Below the pieces are notes generated by a model. The model saw only the letters and a list, made by a program, of their open reading frames with translations, was not told where the DNA came from and did not search any database. Below, one piece after another: positions 50,675-64,000 of a DNA stretch of 64,000 nt. The position numbers were made by a program, and so were the translations under genes. The stretch's first letter is position 1; every line of letters begins with the position of its first letter. Location of the stretch: positions 16,802,001 through 16,866,000 of the forward strand of contig JBHGNT010000005.1 in the NCBI GenBank assembly GCA_043228905.1, read 5' to 3'. This DNA comes from Azolla caroliniana. Lineage: Eukaryota > Plantae > Polypodiophyta.

Positions 50675-51072
50675 TGTCATGATGACACTCATATTATGAG
50701 TCAGAAGGATTTGAACCCATGACCTTGTTATACACATCAAATCCTTAACCATTCTAATAATATGCTTATATATATAATTATTTGAATATATAATCTAATA
50801 TCATAAGAATATTTAATCACTCTACATTCTAGAATGACCTAGAATATTCTATCTACTAGAACCTTCTAGATTACTCTATACTCTAGAATGTCCTAGAAGA
50901 TTCTAGAGTGTTCTATATTACTGTACAAGGACTTATAAATAGAGATCTATCAATCATCCCAAAACCAAATTGGTTCAACGCCATTCTATAGCTCTCTTTT
51001 GGCTACTATTTGTAATCCTTCTTACAGTGCGATATAATACTTTCCTTTCAATTCTCTCTCTCTCTCTTGACA
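50675..51072 (+). repeat. 3' LTR of the chromoviral host element
   Basis: TGTCA...TGACA termini just after the chromodomain ORF. Homologous to 11980-12224. Confidence 0.8.
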
Positions 51073-52928
51073 CATAGTGTCGTCTTTGGTTTCCACCAGA
51101 TACGAGAACCACTCTTTATGTCTCGTAATATGGTTTGACGCCCCGGAGTCAACATACCACACTTCTTCTGACTTGGAGGTGGTCTTCTTCATCGAGTTCG
51201 CCTTGTGCTTCATCACAAATGTTGGCCTTTTTTCAATCTTTCCGATTTGGGATCCTTGTAGTGCGACGCTACCAATTTTTGTGTCCAGCATTGCCGGATC
51301 CAAATTTATTCAAATTGGCGCGCTTTTTCCAGCACTCGCTCTCCCGGTGGCATTTCTTGCCACAATACCAGCATTCCGTTTCGGTTTTCGATTACCTATT
51401 CCCGGCACCGCCTTGACTCCCCCTGCTCGTGGAGGGTCTGGAAGTGTTGTAAGCACTATTTCCGTGCCTCCGATTCTACTCTTGTCAACCTCCACCTCGT
51501 CCTCCACACCAACTGAGCTGATCCGCCTTCGTGTACAGCACTCGGTTGTCCGATTGAGTGGTCCTCGACCCACTCGCGTGGTTTTCTTCAACCATCAGCA
51601 TCGATTGCAAGTCGAAGAAGGACAGTGGCTTCTCTTGGGTGCAAATCATCATCCAAATAGGCTCGTACCTCTGTGCCAGACCGACCGAGGCAGCACTGAA
51701 CCATCTCATCTTCGTCCACCATCACGTTGATGGACCCCAACACATCGCAATGTCACATTCTAGACTCGAACCTTTTCCCTTCAACACACACAGTACATTG
51801 TGTTGTGTTAACCATATGGAAACTCTTGTGAACTTGTATATATTGTAGAGTCTAGTGTATAGCACACTCTAAGAATATTCTAGAGTTATTCTGTGGTATA
51901 TTCTAAATGGGTATATTCTCGAGATATTTCTAGAGTATACTCTAGAGATATTCAATCTCGGAAATTGTATAAATACTTGTAACATCCTTGTTCCCTTTCA
52001 AGGGATTCAAACTATCATGGACACACCAACGGAGCATGAATTTCAAGGGATTCAACACCAATCATTGACACATCAACCTAGTGTTCTCGTTTCTCCTCAT
52101 TTTGTCTCCTTGATCTTTATCGTTGTCTTCATGCTCCATTGGTGTGTCTGTGACACTCAAATCTCCTTTATCTTGGTGGTGTAGTCCGTAACCGACATAT
52201 CCCATTGTCAGATGTTGTTGAGTTTTTGTCGGAGCTGCAACTTACGGGTAGTGGTAATTGCCGTGAAAATGTTCTTCAGATTTTCCTGGGCATCTTTCGG
52301 TATTTTTGCGACCTTGATGTAGCCGATCATTTGATCGTGCACATAGGACGCGAGGCAGTACAACCATCTACTCGCTCCTTGCTCCTACACAAGGAAGTCC
52401 TTGTGTGCCGGCTCTAGCGCTACTTCGTTTCCTCCTTCGACATAACTCTAGTAACCATGCCCCAGCAGGTACAAGTGCATCTTATAGGACAAGGATGCAT
52501 AGTTGCTTCTGTCGAGCTTCTCCGTCGGAAGCGAGCTAGCCATTCCTTCTTATGTCTGTTCTTTACCGGAAGTTAGGTTTTTGTCTATCTAGTGCTTTCT
52601 GTTGGCAACAGAGGCTACTCAACCCTTGCGCTCTGATACCATGTAAAAGCTAATGTGTGGAAGCGTATACAAACCAGCTCAGTCGGATAGCAACTGAAAA
52701 AATAGACACAAAGTTTAATTGAAAGCTTGAGAATACATATTACACACGAGAGACAAAGAGAGAAGAACACACAACGTCTATTTCAAAAATAACCTCAATG
52801 CTCTATACATACAATGCGTGCAGAGAGCACTTTTATATAATTCCTTAAAAGGATCGACAAAAGTACTGACAAGTACTTCAATGCTCGTACAGAGCTACTG
52901 ACACTGACTCCTAAAAGTATGCCTACGT
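51073..52928 (-). mobile_element. Decayed Copia fragment (LTR part, PBS, gag, protease), same family as 46660-47589
   Basis: PBS GCTCTGATACCA at ~52630-52641, protease WYVDSGASNH, and gag homologous to 46700-47090. Confidence 0.8.
51751..52155. repeat. Solo LTR inserted in the Copia gag
   Basis: TGTCAC...GTGACA termini with a near-TSD CGCAA/CTCAA. The gag sequence resumes on both sides. Confidence 0.7.
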
Positions 52929-55900
52929 TGTCGTGAAGATCTGTCACTATGTGCGGATCGTGAGGCGGAACCGCCGAGGTTCTGGACCGGAAGGACTCAA
53001 AGTACGCACTAGCTTTAGCGAGAAAGGATTTAAAATAGATTAAGAGCGAGAGATTGAGATAAGATAGAACGCTTGACTTTAGATTGAGAGAGATTAAGAT
53101 TGAACTCTTGACTTTAGATTTGAAGAACAAGATTGATACATCAATTGGATAATGAATTTCTTACTTTTAATTTCTTGATTAATACATCGCTCCCTTTTGT
53201 CTTTTTCATCCACCCTTTTATAGATGCTCCCATGCATATGATGCATGTGAGGGTATAAGACATGCATACAATGCATGGAATGCATGTGATGCATGTTTGC
53301 CATTTGGCGCTCATGCATCACATGTCACTCAATCAAGCTCTAACATTAGAATTTACACGTAAAACTATAATGATAGGAAAAACATTTTTAAAGAAATGAT
53401 ATAGCTTAGTGGTAAGTCTATTGCCTCCTATCTTGGAGGTGCAAGGTTCAAGTCTTGCTTACATCCCTTTTAAAGCAGAAAATATTATTAGGCTTTTGGA
53501 CCAAATATCTTTAAAATGCATCAACCCGATCGATCCGTTCGGTTTGGCCTGGTTCGGTCTGTATCTCGAGGTCCCCGGATGCCGGATGTCGTCGCCGTTT
53601 GTCACCAGATCCATCACCAGTTCCGTCGTCGGATGCCGTCGTCGTCCGTCTGTCCAGTTCCGATTCCGTCGCCGTCCAAAACAAATGAACTTGACTACAT
53701 CCATTCATCAAGTCATTTAACTCATCCTTTCTATTCTCCACACATAGACACAAAGGTAATAGCTTTTGCTCTTCCTTATATATGGTGAGATCCTTATTTG
53801 TCCTATCTATGTGGGATATCTCACAATTTTTTATTTTTCTCTTTTTCTTTCCAAACTTCATACACACATAACTTGACACTCAGATGTCTGTTTGTTATGT
53901 AGCAAAGTGCATTCAAAAGCTCTTCAAGATCTCCATCTTTTTGTACCAAGATATTAAACTTATTTACATTATTATTGTGTCATATTATGTGTGAAGAACC
54001 ACACTTGATTTTCTACATTCCATGCAATTTTCACACCGTTGCCGAAAATCTTCACGACATCCACACCCACCAAACCACACGTCCTCCGGTACATGCCAAG
54101 AGGAGAGAGTGCGAGAATTCGGCTACGGTGATCAATCAAATTCTTCCACTTCCTCATTCACATCCTTCCTATTATCTTAATCGTCGAGGTGTTTGAGGTC
54201 AGGATCCTCGTCCTCTCTTTTCTTGAAAATCTTTACTCTTTTCCCCTCAATGGGTACAGCTAACCTTGATCTGTCTAGCTCCACAAGGTGGTATGTGGCA
54301 TTATCATTGGCATTTGTCACCACATACAGTGCGAACCATCTTCTTGCGAACTTTCTTGTTGTACTGTGTTGATTGTCAAGGCTATTGTCGTAGACCAATA
54401 CCCAATCTCCTTCTTCGATCTTCTTGGGACGTAGTCGATGTATCTTGTCGAACCAAATTTTGTTCTTCACTCGGACTGCCTCCATCATCTTTCATGCTTT
54501 TTCTAGATCTTCAAGTTTTCTTTCAAGTTGTGTATCTGTGCCGCTAATATCTCTTCTCGACTCATCTTGTTCTCCCATGGTATCGCTACCCATGAGGTGA
54601 TCGTCCTTTCGATGGGCATTACCGGCTTTTGTCCATACATAAGCTCCGTTGGCATATACCCTGTCACCGAGCGGTGTGTCGTTCTGTCAACCCACAAGGC
54701 ATAGGGAAATAGTCGTGCCCAATTCCTGACTCCACCGTTGCATGCCCGTACGATGGCTTTGACGATAGGTCCATGCCCTCGCTCGATCTTCCCATTCGCT
54801 TCTGGATTGTAGGCAATCGTGAGGGAGAGCTTCACACCTAGTCGTTCGAAAAGCTCCGTTGCTTCGTGTGCATCCAACTCCCCTGGATCGGCGACTATCT
54901 TTCCCACACATCCATATTGCAGACAACTTCTTCATGTAGAAATTTGCAAACAGCCGACGTCATCTTATTTGTCAAGGCCTGTCCTTCCACTTGATTTGTC
55001 AAGTCTTCTCTTGCCAGAGCTAAGTACTTCATTTGTCCTACTCCCATTGGCATTGAGACCAGATCCACCATCCTTTTGAAGTGTATGGTGAGCGGGTATG
55101 TCGCTCATAGCTCATCACGATGACATATATTCGAATGTTCTTGGCATGTTTTGCATGTGGACACAAAATGGAGTACATCTTTGTACATGCTTGGCCACCT
55201 GGTCCAGTACTTCTCCTTCAACTTCTCAAACGTCGCCCATGTTCCTCTATGACCTACCCAGGCACTCTTGTGGAATTTGGTCATTAGCATCACTTGCTCT
55301 TCTTACTTCACCACTACTCAATGTGGTATTCCTGTCCTTCTTTTTGGGTGTCGCCAAAGGAATCCTCCCTTCAAGAAGTATTGGTAAGGTTTCTTCCGGA
55401 TTCGTAGGGCCTCCTCCTTCGTCAACGAAGCATTCGTCGTCATTGTTCTTAGGAATTTGTCGATTAGTAACCACTCCCCTTCGTACTCGTCCTCATTGAA
55501 GGCATGGAGGGTTAGCATGTCCTTGTCTTCTGCCGATAGTTGAGCCATCTTGAAGAAGTCGAGGGTGACGTCTTCATCTTCCGAAACCTTGTCACATTCA
55601 TCCTCAAATCTTGCCCTCGATAGCATGTCAGCCATGGTGTTCTTCTTTCCTGCAATGTGGCGGATCTCTAGGTTTAAAGACTTGATATAGGCGATCCACC
55701 TTAGCATAGCTAGAACTGGTGTCGCACATCCTGCGATCATCCTCGAGGATTGGGACAATTTGTCTCAATTATTACTTCCGACCCGATAAGGTAGTCATTG
55801 TCCGTCTTCACTGCCGACACAATACCCCAAAGTTCTCGCTTGACTTGGGTGTATCTTTGTTGTCGTTCGCTGAGAACCTTTGCTCCGAACCGGATGGCAT

Positions 55901-56766
55901 ACCGTGCATTATCTACTCCTTCTTGGTTGATGACCCACTCGATTCTGATTGGGCTCGTATCTATAGTCACATAAATCGGCTTCCCTTCGGTATAGTCGGC
56001 CTTCCTTAGTGTTAGAGGTTCAAGAAGTAGTTTCTTCAATCTTCGCATCACATTTATGTTCTCCTCTCGCCATTCGAACTTCATTCTTTTCTTTAGCAAT
56101 CCATATAAAGGCTCGGTGACATGGGTGTAGTGCGGATCCAGATATGATAAAACGCGCATGCTCCAAGGAACCTTCGAACCTCCGTTTGGTTTACGCATTC
56201 TTCTTTCATATCCTGGATCGCGTTCACCTTGGATGGCAAAGGCTTCTGGCCGTATGCTCACATAAGTGACCTACCACCAAGATCTCTAGTTGCCCGAATG
56301 CAGATTTTTCTCCCGAAAATGTCAAATTCGCATCTTCAAGCCTTTGGAGCACCTTCTCACAATCTTTCATATGATCTACGACGAACTTTCTACACCCTTC
56401 CTTATCTTTTGATTCATCTTCCTCCTCATCCAAACATCCTTTTATCGGAATATCATCCAAGAACGGCATCGTGATGTCCGGGATGCAATCCTTCAAGACC
56501 TTGTTCATGTCATTCACCATATGGGCCACCGAGTTCATTGCACCTTCCGTTAAGGTACACATCCGCACGAGCCCGATCGGAGTCCTCATGGTTCTAATGT
56601 CACGATTGTCAATCGCCAACTGGAATTGGTCGTATCCAGAGTAGAGATCGCCAATGGAGTAGATGGACCGCCCCCGAAACGCTTCGGCAAATTCGTCCAC
56701 GCTCAGACCGATTCCAGCATTCCAAATTGTCACCTTGTTGATGGGTTGAAAATCTTGGATGAATCG
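52929..56766 (-). mobile_element. Gypsy family A copy 2 (3' LTR 52929-54059 plus a decayed pol)
   Basis: Reverse-complement homologue of 770-1905 and 9489-11941, without the DNA transposon. Cut at 56766 by the next element. Confidence 0.9.
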
Positions 56767-59700
56767 TGTTATCCATAGGCCAGAAATATAAATACAAAAT
56801 ATGTAAACTTGCCGGTAGGTAGAAAAGTAGGTAAGGAAATAGGTAGAACTAAAATAATCGAGTTTTGAGCCCTCACAATCAGCCGACAACTCGGCTCTGT
56901 GTAAAGAAGAAAACTATATAAGTCGAGTGCTACAATATTAATCCTACTAACTAATCTATGTATCTCTCTCTCCTCGAGGTATGCACAAAACTATTTCCGA
57001 CCGAGAGCCGTGCACTGTATTCACTATGAGCTTTCTCATTTAATATAAATCCCGCTCTTACTGTTCCTTCATCTGTGTATTCTTCCCGTACTAGTAAATC
57101 GAGCTACGTCTACATCTACATTTACGTCTACATCTATCGGGTTGTAGCCAGTGTACACTCCCCATTTCCCTAACGTCTTCTCGATGTAGAAGAAGCCTCC
57201 ACGTAACACGACCCCTTGATACCAATAGCCGGTGGGCTCACCAAAGGTGTTTCCTCTAGAAACGGTTAACACAATTTGGCACACCCGATTAGAACTGTAA
57301 GGTCACAACGAACTACGTAGGAGGCAAACCTCAGCCGCCATTATGGAGCCCAATCTCATCACGCGGTCTCAGCCACCTGCCCGACGCCCTGAGCCAGTCG
57401 AAGGAACTTCCGACTCGATGGTCACTGACCAATCTTTCTAGGAACTATCAGAGGCCCACCGGTTGCAATCCTTGCCACCCGATACCCAGTCGTGAATTGA
57501 TTCCGCACCGATCTCCCCGCAGGGCCCTCCAGAGGTCACCCAACCTGACCCTAACCCTTTTCCGGCTTTACCTGAAGATCGGATCTCGATACCATGCTTT
57601 ACCCTTACCCACGATATACAGACAGCCCCGACGCGGAATCGCACACCCGTGCTTTCGTGTCCACATGGCAGGCCAACCACTCGACGCAACGGTTATCGGC
57701 TGCCGAAATCGAGTCCTCCAAAATCACGGAATTTGCTCTATCCCTCGATGGCCCGGTTGCTCGATGGTATTCCCACCTCGACGTGGGGGAGGTCACAACG
57801 TTCCAGGACGTCCGAACAAAGTTTCTAGAATTATTTCACCGGGAAGTTCTAAAGCGCGAACTACTCCAGTAGTTCTTTTCCATAAGCCAAGAATCTCACA
57901 AGACGGTCGCCCAGTTCACAATCCGGTTTTAAGATCTCTACCGACAACTGGCCGATGATGTCTCCGCACATCACATTCTGGATACCTTCCTTTCCAGCCT
58001 ACGGGAGCCTCTATGCACAACTCTCGCACTTACCAATTTCTCTAACTAGACAATCGAGTAGGTCATCGCACGCGTCCTCGCCATCGATCGGACACAACAT
58101 AGCACGGCTTTCTCCATGGGCTCTTTGCAAAGCACCCTTCCTCAGGAGGACAATCGTTTCCGACAAGCCCTCTAATGCACAGCCTGCTCGGGCTCAGGCC
58201 ATCTAGCTCTCGAGTGCCCTCACCGGCCACATTGTCCAATCTGTCAGTCCCGATCTCACACAATCGAACAATGTGAATACAACATGCTCAACCGCACAAC
58301 GATGGCTCCGGTTTGCCAGATCGGGCCTGAAAATACATACTCATGGTAGGACAAACGTCAGTCCTACCGACATCGGGATAACTAACGACCACGACCCCCG
58401 AATCGTCGGCGCCGCAACGACGACCGCTACCGCCACGACAACTGTAGGAGATCAGACAACCGCCATGACCAATACCGCAATGACCAATATAGAGCAAACG
58501 ACGAGTATGACCGGTACGATCAGCGGTATTCACGAAACGATAGAAGAAACTCTTACAGAGGTTCACGGAACAATCGACGGCATAACGACAATCGTCGTCG
58601 GGACCCTCCTTCAAACATACCGCACAACTCTCTTCCCCATAATGCGCCATGGGCCAACACGCCTACACAAGTGGCCGGGAACCACTCACACCCTCTCCCA
58701 CACACAAAGCACAGTGACACCAGCAACTCGGCATCGGTTACCTGCTTTAAGTGTAACCAACCGGCCACTATGCTACCCAATGCCCAACCACGAACCGCGG
58801 CAAGGCCTCGGCCGTGAATACTATTATGGCCGACGTTCAACACATCACTACACGCAGCAAAACCCAGGGCCATCCAATGGCAAGTACAAGATGACGTCCG
58901 ACAAGCAGCCAAGGAATGGATTGACACCGCCAACAAAAGCAACGTGGAGCGGATGCACACAAAGATGTTGGACATGACCATCGGAGCACCACAGTCCACA
59001 TGACCATCCACCGCTGCAAAAGATGACCATCTGTGGGACGCCCCTACCAGTTCTAGGATCTCGCTACCATTGCATAAGCTTTTACCGCTTATGCCACGCT
59101 TTCGGGATACCTTGGCTACGCTCACGACTAACGACAAATCGGTCACACCCCCTACTAACCTGACAGAGCCAGGGATGGGCCCACCCATCATGGATTCCTA
59201 GAATCCAACCGTGAAAATCATGATTAAGGGATGCGACCTTCATGGATGCATAATCGAAAATGGCTTCGGCGTGAATGTCATCAACGAGGCCACATGTAAC
59301 AAACTCGGTCTGAACCAATGGAAACATTGCCCCTTTTGGCTTCGGATGGCCGATACGCAATTAGTTCGCCCCATAGGGTTAATCCGCCACCTCGAGTTCA
59401 CGTTAGGAGGCCACATGTTCACTATCTCGGCAATCGTGTTACGCCTCGAAGCTCCAGGCGCCTACCCAATGCTGCTTGGACAACCCTCTGTGCACAGCAA
59501 ATATTAAGCAACATTGGCAGTGAAATATGATCTCTTTCCGCAGGGGGAAGACCAAGGTACGAATAATAACAGAAGAATGCCTAACCACGCCCCACAACAC
59601 CACACCCTTATACGTGGAAGGGGTACACATGCTCGACGGGTTAGCCGACAACGAGGTGAATGATTTCCTAGAATATCATCCCACTATCATACCCCTCTTC

Positions 59701-62700
59701 GAAATAGATGCCAGCTCGGCCTTCGGCACATCCCTAGACGAGGATGTCACGGAAGATTCAATTCCCCAGGACGAGCCAGATTCCACAACTATCGCGGAAT
59801 TACGACATACTTGGGACGTGTTTGAACGAGAACTCGCCATCTACCAGCGAGTCAAAACATCAACGCTCGAGTCACTCAACCTCGGCTCCGACGAAAACCC
59901 ACGTACACTACAAATCTCTAAGAACTTACCAACCAATGAACGGTCAGCCCTCATACACTTGCTCACGGATTATCAAGATGTATTTGCATGGTCTTACACT
60001 AATATGAAGGGATTGGATCCCCAATATTACCAACACCAAATACACCTCCTTCCGGACGCTTGGCCGGTCCAACAACGACAATATAGAATGAACCCCAACT
60101 ATGCGGCTAAGGTCAAAGAGGAGATCGACAGTAAAAAGAGCCACATGGTTAAAGCCCAATCGTCGTCGTCCCCAAGAAAAACGGGAAAATCCGTGTTTGC
60201 GTTAATTACCCCAAACTCAATGCCACGACAGTCACGGATGGGTTTCCTCTCCCATTCACGGATAGTGTCCTCGACACGGTGGCTGGTCATGAATGCTACA
60301 ATTTTCTCAATGGGTTCAGTGGCTATAACCAAATCAGAATGCACCCGGACGATCAAGAGAAAACGGCGTTTGTCACGGAATGGGGTGTCTTCGTGGCCGA
60401 GGGAATGATGTTCGGATTAAAAACAGCACCGGCGACATTCCAACACATCATCACCGAGATTTTCAACAAGTATATCTCGGCGTTCATGCAAGTTTTCCTC
60501 GATGACTTTGTCGTGTATGGCCAGCGGCTGGAGCATATGACCCAATTACGCCTTTGTCTCAATCGATGTCGACAAGCTCGATTGAGCTTAAATCCGGCAA
60601 AATGCGCGTTCTTGGTGACTAGCGGCAACCTGCTCGGGCACATAGTCAGTCAGGAAGGTATCGCCATGGACCCAGATAAAGTGCAAGCCATTCTGAACGC
60701 TCCCGCACCCTCTATCGCGAAGGCCCTCAGCTGATTCCTGGGTCAAATCAGATGGCATAGCCGGATGTTACGACATCTGGCCGATTTCACGACTCCATTG
60801 CACGCGGTTGTGCATAGACTCCCATTTCATTGGTTTTCATTAGAAGACGAGGCTTAGCAATCCTTGAAGTTAATGCTCTCCCATGCCCCTGTTGTACAGC
60901 CACCAGTCTGGTCGGAACCTTTTCACGTCTTCGTAGACGCATCAGATATAGCCATCGGCAGCGCGCTCATGCAACGCACACCACCAAATTGGTATCGGCC
61001 AGTGTATTACGCTATCCGACGACTCTCGGCCATGCAGAAGCACTACTCAACAACTAAACGTGAGGCCCTCGATATGGTTTATAGCATCAACAAATTCTGG
61101 CATTACCTCTTGGGCCAGAAACTCACATTCCATGTCGATCACTCGGCTCTCCTCTACTTGGTTAATAAACAGGCCCTCATAGGTCGCTTGGCCCGATGGA
61201 TGCTCCTGCTACAAGATTTTGATTTTCAGATCCAGCATCCGCCCGGAGTCCAACACACCATAGTTGACTACCGGAGCCGCCTAGAATCAGGAGAACCAGT
61301 CGAGTCCACGTACGATGATCTACCTGACACTGCCCTTTTTAGTGTTCCAATGGTGCCAGACGAACATGAAGATGAATGGATCACGGAAATGACACATTTC
61401 CTCAGCACCGGCCTTCCTCCCGACCACCTGACCCTCGACGCTCGGAAATGACTAGCTGTCCGGAGCCGAAACTTTTGTCTGGTCTCCAACACCCTCTACC
61501 ACAAAGGCTCGGACGGCATCTGGCATCGTGCAATCCGTCAATTCGAGAAACACGCAATCCTCCAGGAGGCACATCACGGAATCTCGGGGGGACATTACGT
61601 TGGAGAGGCCACGACAAGAAAAATATGGCAAAGTGGCTTATGGTGGCCTACAACCAAAAAAGATGCTCATGAATTCTGTCGACAGTGCAATTTGTGTCAA
61701 CGCATGGGACAACCGACCAAGCAAGCCCGGATGCCGCATCAACCCATCCTCCCGTTAGAACCATTTCAAAAGTGGGGGTTAGATTTTGTGGAACCTTTCA
61801 AACCACCCATGGCTCGCACGGGTAACAAATATATAATCGTGGCCACAAACTATTGCACAAAATGGGTCGAGACTAAGGCACTACAGGACAACACGGTTGC
61901 ATCCACGGAAAAGTTTGTTTACAAACATCTATGGTGCTGATATGGATTCCCAATCGAGCTTATTAGTGACCAAGGCGGGCATTTTATAAACCACATAATT
62001 CAGGAGCTCACTACACACTACGCGGTCGTACATAAGAAAAGTACACCGTACTATTCTCAGGCAAACGGATTGGCAGAATCTACTAATAAAATTTTGCAAA
62101 CAATCCTGAAAAAGATAGTCAATGAGAACCGCACCAATTGGGATGACAAGCTCCAGAGTGCATTATGGGCATATCACACCACATTTAAAATTAGCATTCA
62201 ATCTACACCCTTTCAGATGGCCTTTGGTTTGGACGCAGTCATGCCGATCGAGTTCCAAGTTCCGAGTCTCCGAGTTCAGGTTAAGGAAAGGCTACCCAAG
62301 GCCCAATCAGAGCAATATCGGCTCGAACAACTCCTCGAACTCGGCGAACATCGAGTGGCCAACATGGCTCAACTGGAACAACGCAAACACAAGGCATAGC
62401 ACTCCTATGACGCGTGGCCATAATACCTTATTATGGCAACCGCAACCAAGAATCTAAAGGATCTTCTCCCTGCACAAAACCCTAGGTGGTCACATAAAAG
62501 AAGCTACCCCACACACAACGCGCCCACTCACACAGAAGCTTTCTTTCCTTCACAGCCTTCAAGCTCCCAAGCTCTCTCTCATTCTCATCGCTCCTGCAAA
62601 TAGGCCTTCTCTCGCCCTCATAGCCCCGCACAGAACAACGCAAACAATCACCTTCCATCTCTCTGTCTCGCCCTCGTCTCATCGCTTCCCCCCACTCTCC

Positions 62701-64000
62701 CTGTCAACAAACCTTCGAGTCCACCATGCCTCTCCCTGCATCGCTGGAAACCCGTTCTTGGCTACAACAACAAGGATTGGGCGACTATTTAAGGGTCATC
62801 GACGCCCTAGTGCGCCTTGACACCCAAGCAATAGCACGCAGAATCCACTCCAACACAGTGACCAACAATATGATCGCGGTGCTCTGGACCTTACGCGAGG
62901 TGGAGAACATGAAGTCGAGATTCCTCCTCACACAACCCTCAAGGAATACTTTGGGATGTATTCGATGTCGGGAAAAGCTTACCACACTTACGGAGGACGA
63001 ACCAAGTCATTTGGGGAGATCGCCAGAATTTTGATGGAAGATGCCTTTGTGCATACAAATCCCACAAGTATGCCATAGAATAAGGCTGCCATCATCATCA
63101 GAGAGTACGAAGGCGACAAAGTCAATTGCGGAATCGTCACCGGCGAAGGAGTCCGTGCAGCACTGGAATCTTTTCAATCCGGTAAGCGATTGCTACCTGT
63201 GTTGATCCATTACCTCACAGTCCTCTACCCATCTCCTTCATTCTCCCATCGTCGCATCCTCACCTCCCCACCATCACCATGGAAACAGCGGGAGTAGATT
63301 TTGGCATTAACCCAGGAAGAATGGGAAGACCCCTCGCCCTCTCCACCTCCCTCGGCCGCTCGGAACCCTACTCCCACCTCAGCACCACCCCCACCGAAAA
63401 CACAGAAGCAACGGGCATTACCAGTGACCCATGTCGAATGGGACGAGGCCGAGGAGCCCATCAGTGAGGATGTCACCATACGACAGAAAACACCCAAGGA
63501 CATCGATGCCCTCTCCACAACCAAGCCCACGGCCCACAAATTAGCAGCCCTAGGGCATATGGCAACAAAAGAGAAAACAAGCCGAGGAGACAACACCATA
63601 GGCCCCAGACTCACAGGATCAGCCGAAAACGAAACAACGCATCAATTGTGAGTCGACCACAGAAACCGAGGGGACCCAACATCAGAAATCAAAGGAGGCC
63701 AGCCCGACCTCCACGGCCATGGTACCAGTAGAGTCATGGCTCCAAGTAGGTAGGATTCAGCATGGACAAACCACGCAGATATCAGAGGAGGAAGTCCTTG
63801 GTTACTAAGACCTCCCTACGGAGGCATACGAGTTCAGTGCACTACTTCGACTGGGCACAACATATGAGTTGATGGATTTCCTCGTGCGCGCCCAAGTAGT
63901 TGCCACCGCTCGTATGGCCGAGGAGCACGCGGAAATCAAGAGGATCCAACGTGCACTAATGGGAGAACTCGAACCTCAACAAGATCGAGCCTTACAGAAG
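56767..64000 (+). mobile_element. Family-B-like Gypsy element, decayed, running off the window end
   Basis: Putative 5' LTR at 56767-57271 (TGTTA...TAACA). Gag, protease, RT, RNase H and integrase fragments at 57340-62399 are homologous to 33897-39698. Extra ORF remnant from 62726. Confidence 0.87.

Larger units (their letters stand above)
11942..51072 (+). mobile_element. Old chromoviral (Tcn1/Tf-like) Gypsy element hosting most of the nested insertions
   Basis: 5' LTR remnant at ~11980-12224 plus 15376-15393, homologous to the 3' LTR at 50675-51072. Pieces: gag ~15480-15784 and 21251-22030, protease 22050-22533, RT 25496-26316, RNase H/integrase/chromodomain 48476-50640. The pieces rejoin across TSD-flanked insertions. 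The LTRs are noticeably diverged, so their pairing is inferred. Confidence 0.7.

Overview
A eukaryotic, gene-free, heterochromatin-like window built almost entirely of nested transposable elements. It looks like a plant, probably a non-seed land plant (inferred from the element lineages and the many CGA>TGA and CAG>TAG stops). It holds at least nine LTR-retrotransposon insertions (Gypsy, chromoviral Gypsy, Copia), a solo LTR, a LINE and tRNA-like modules. The standout is a DNA transposon present as two diverged copies (1906-9484 and 27059-46463). Each has 5'-A(A/T)CAC...GTGTT-3' terminal inverted repeats and a 4-bp target-site duplication. Each carries two divergent genes: a Sola/DUF7869-like DDE transposase with a C-terminal BAH/Tudor-like domain, and an intron-containing gene fusing a ParB/Srx-like domain to a prokaryotic-type beta-class amino (N6A/N4C) DNA methyltransferase. 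A CGAT-N7-ATCG palindrome lies near the 5' end of the methyltransferase gene: once in copy 1, and as a 12-unit array with a ~51-bp period in copy 2. Both copies are now pseudogenised. All domain calls come from reading motifs by eye; no database search was run.
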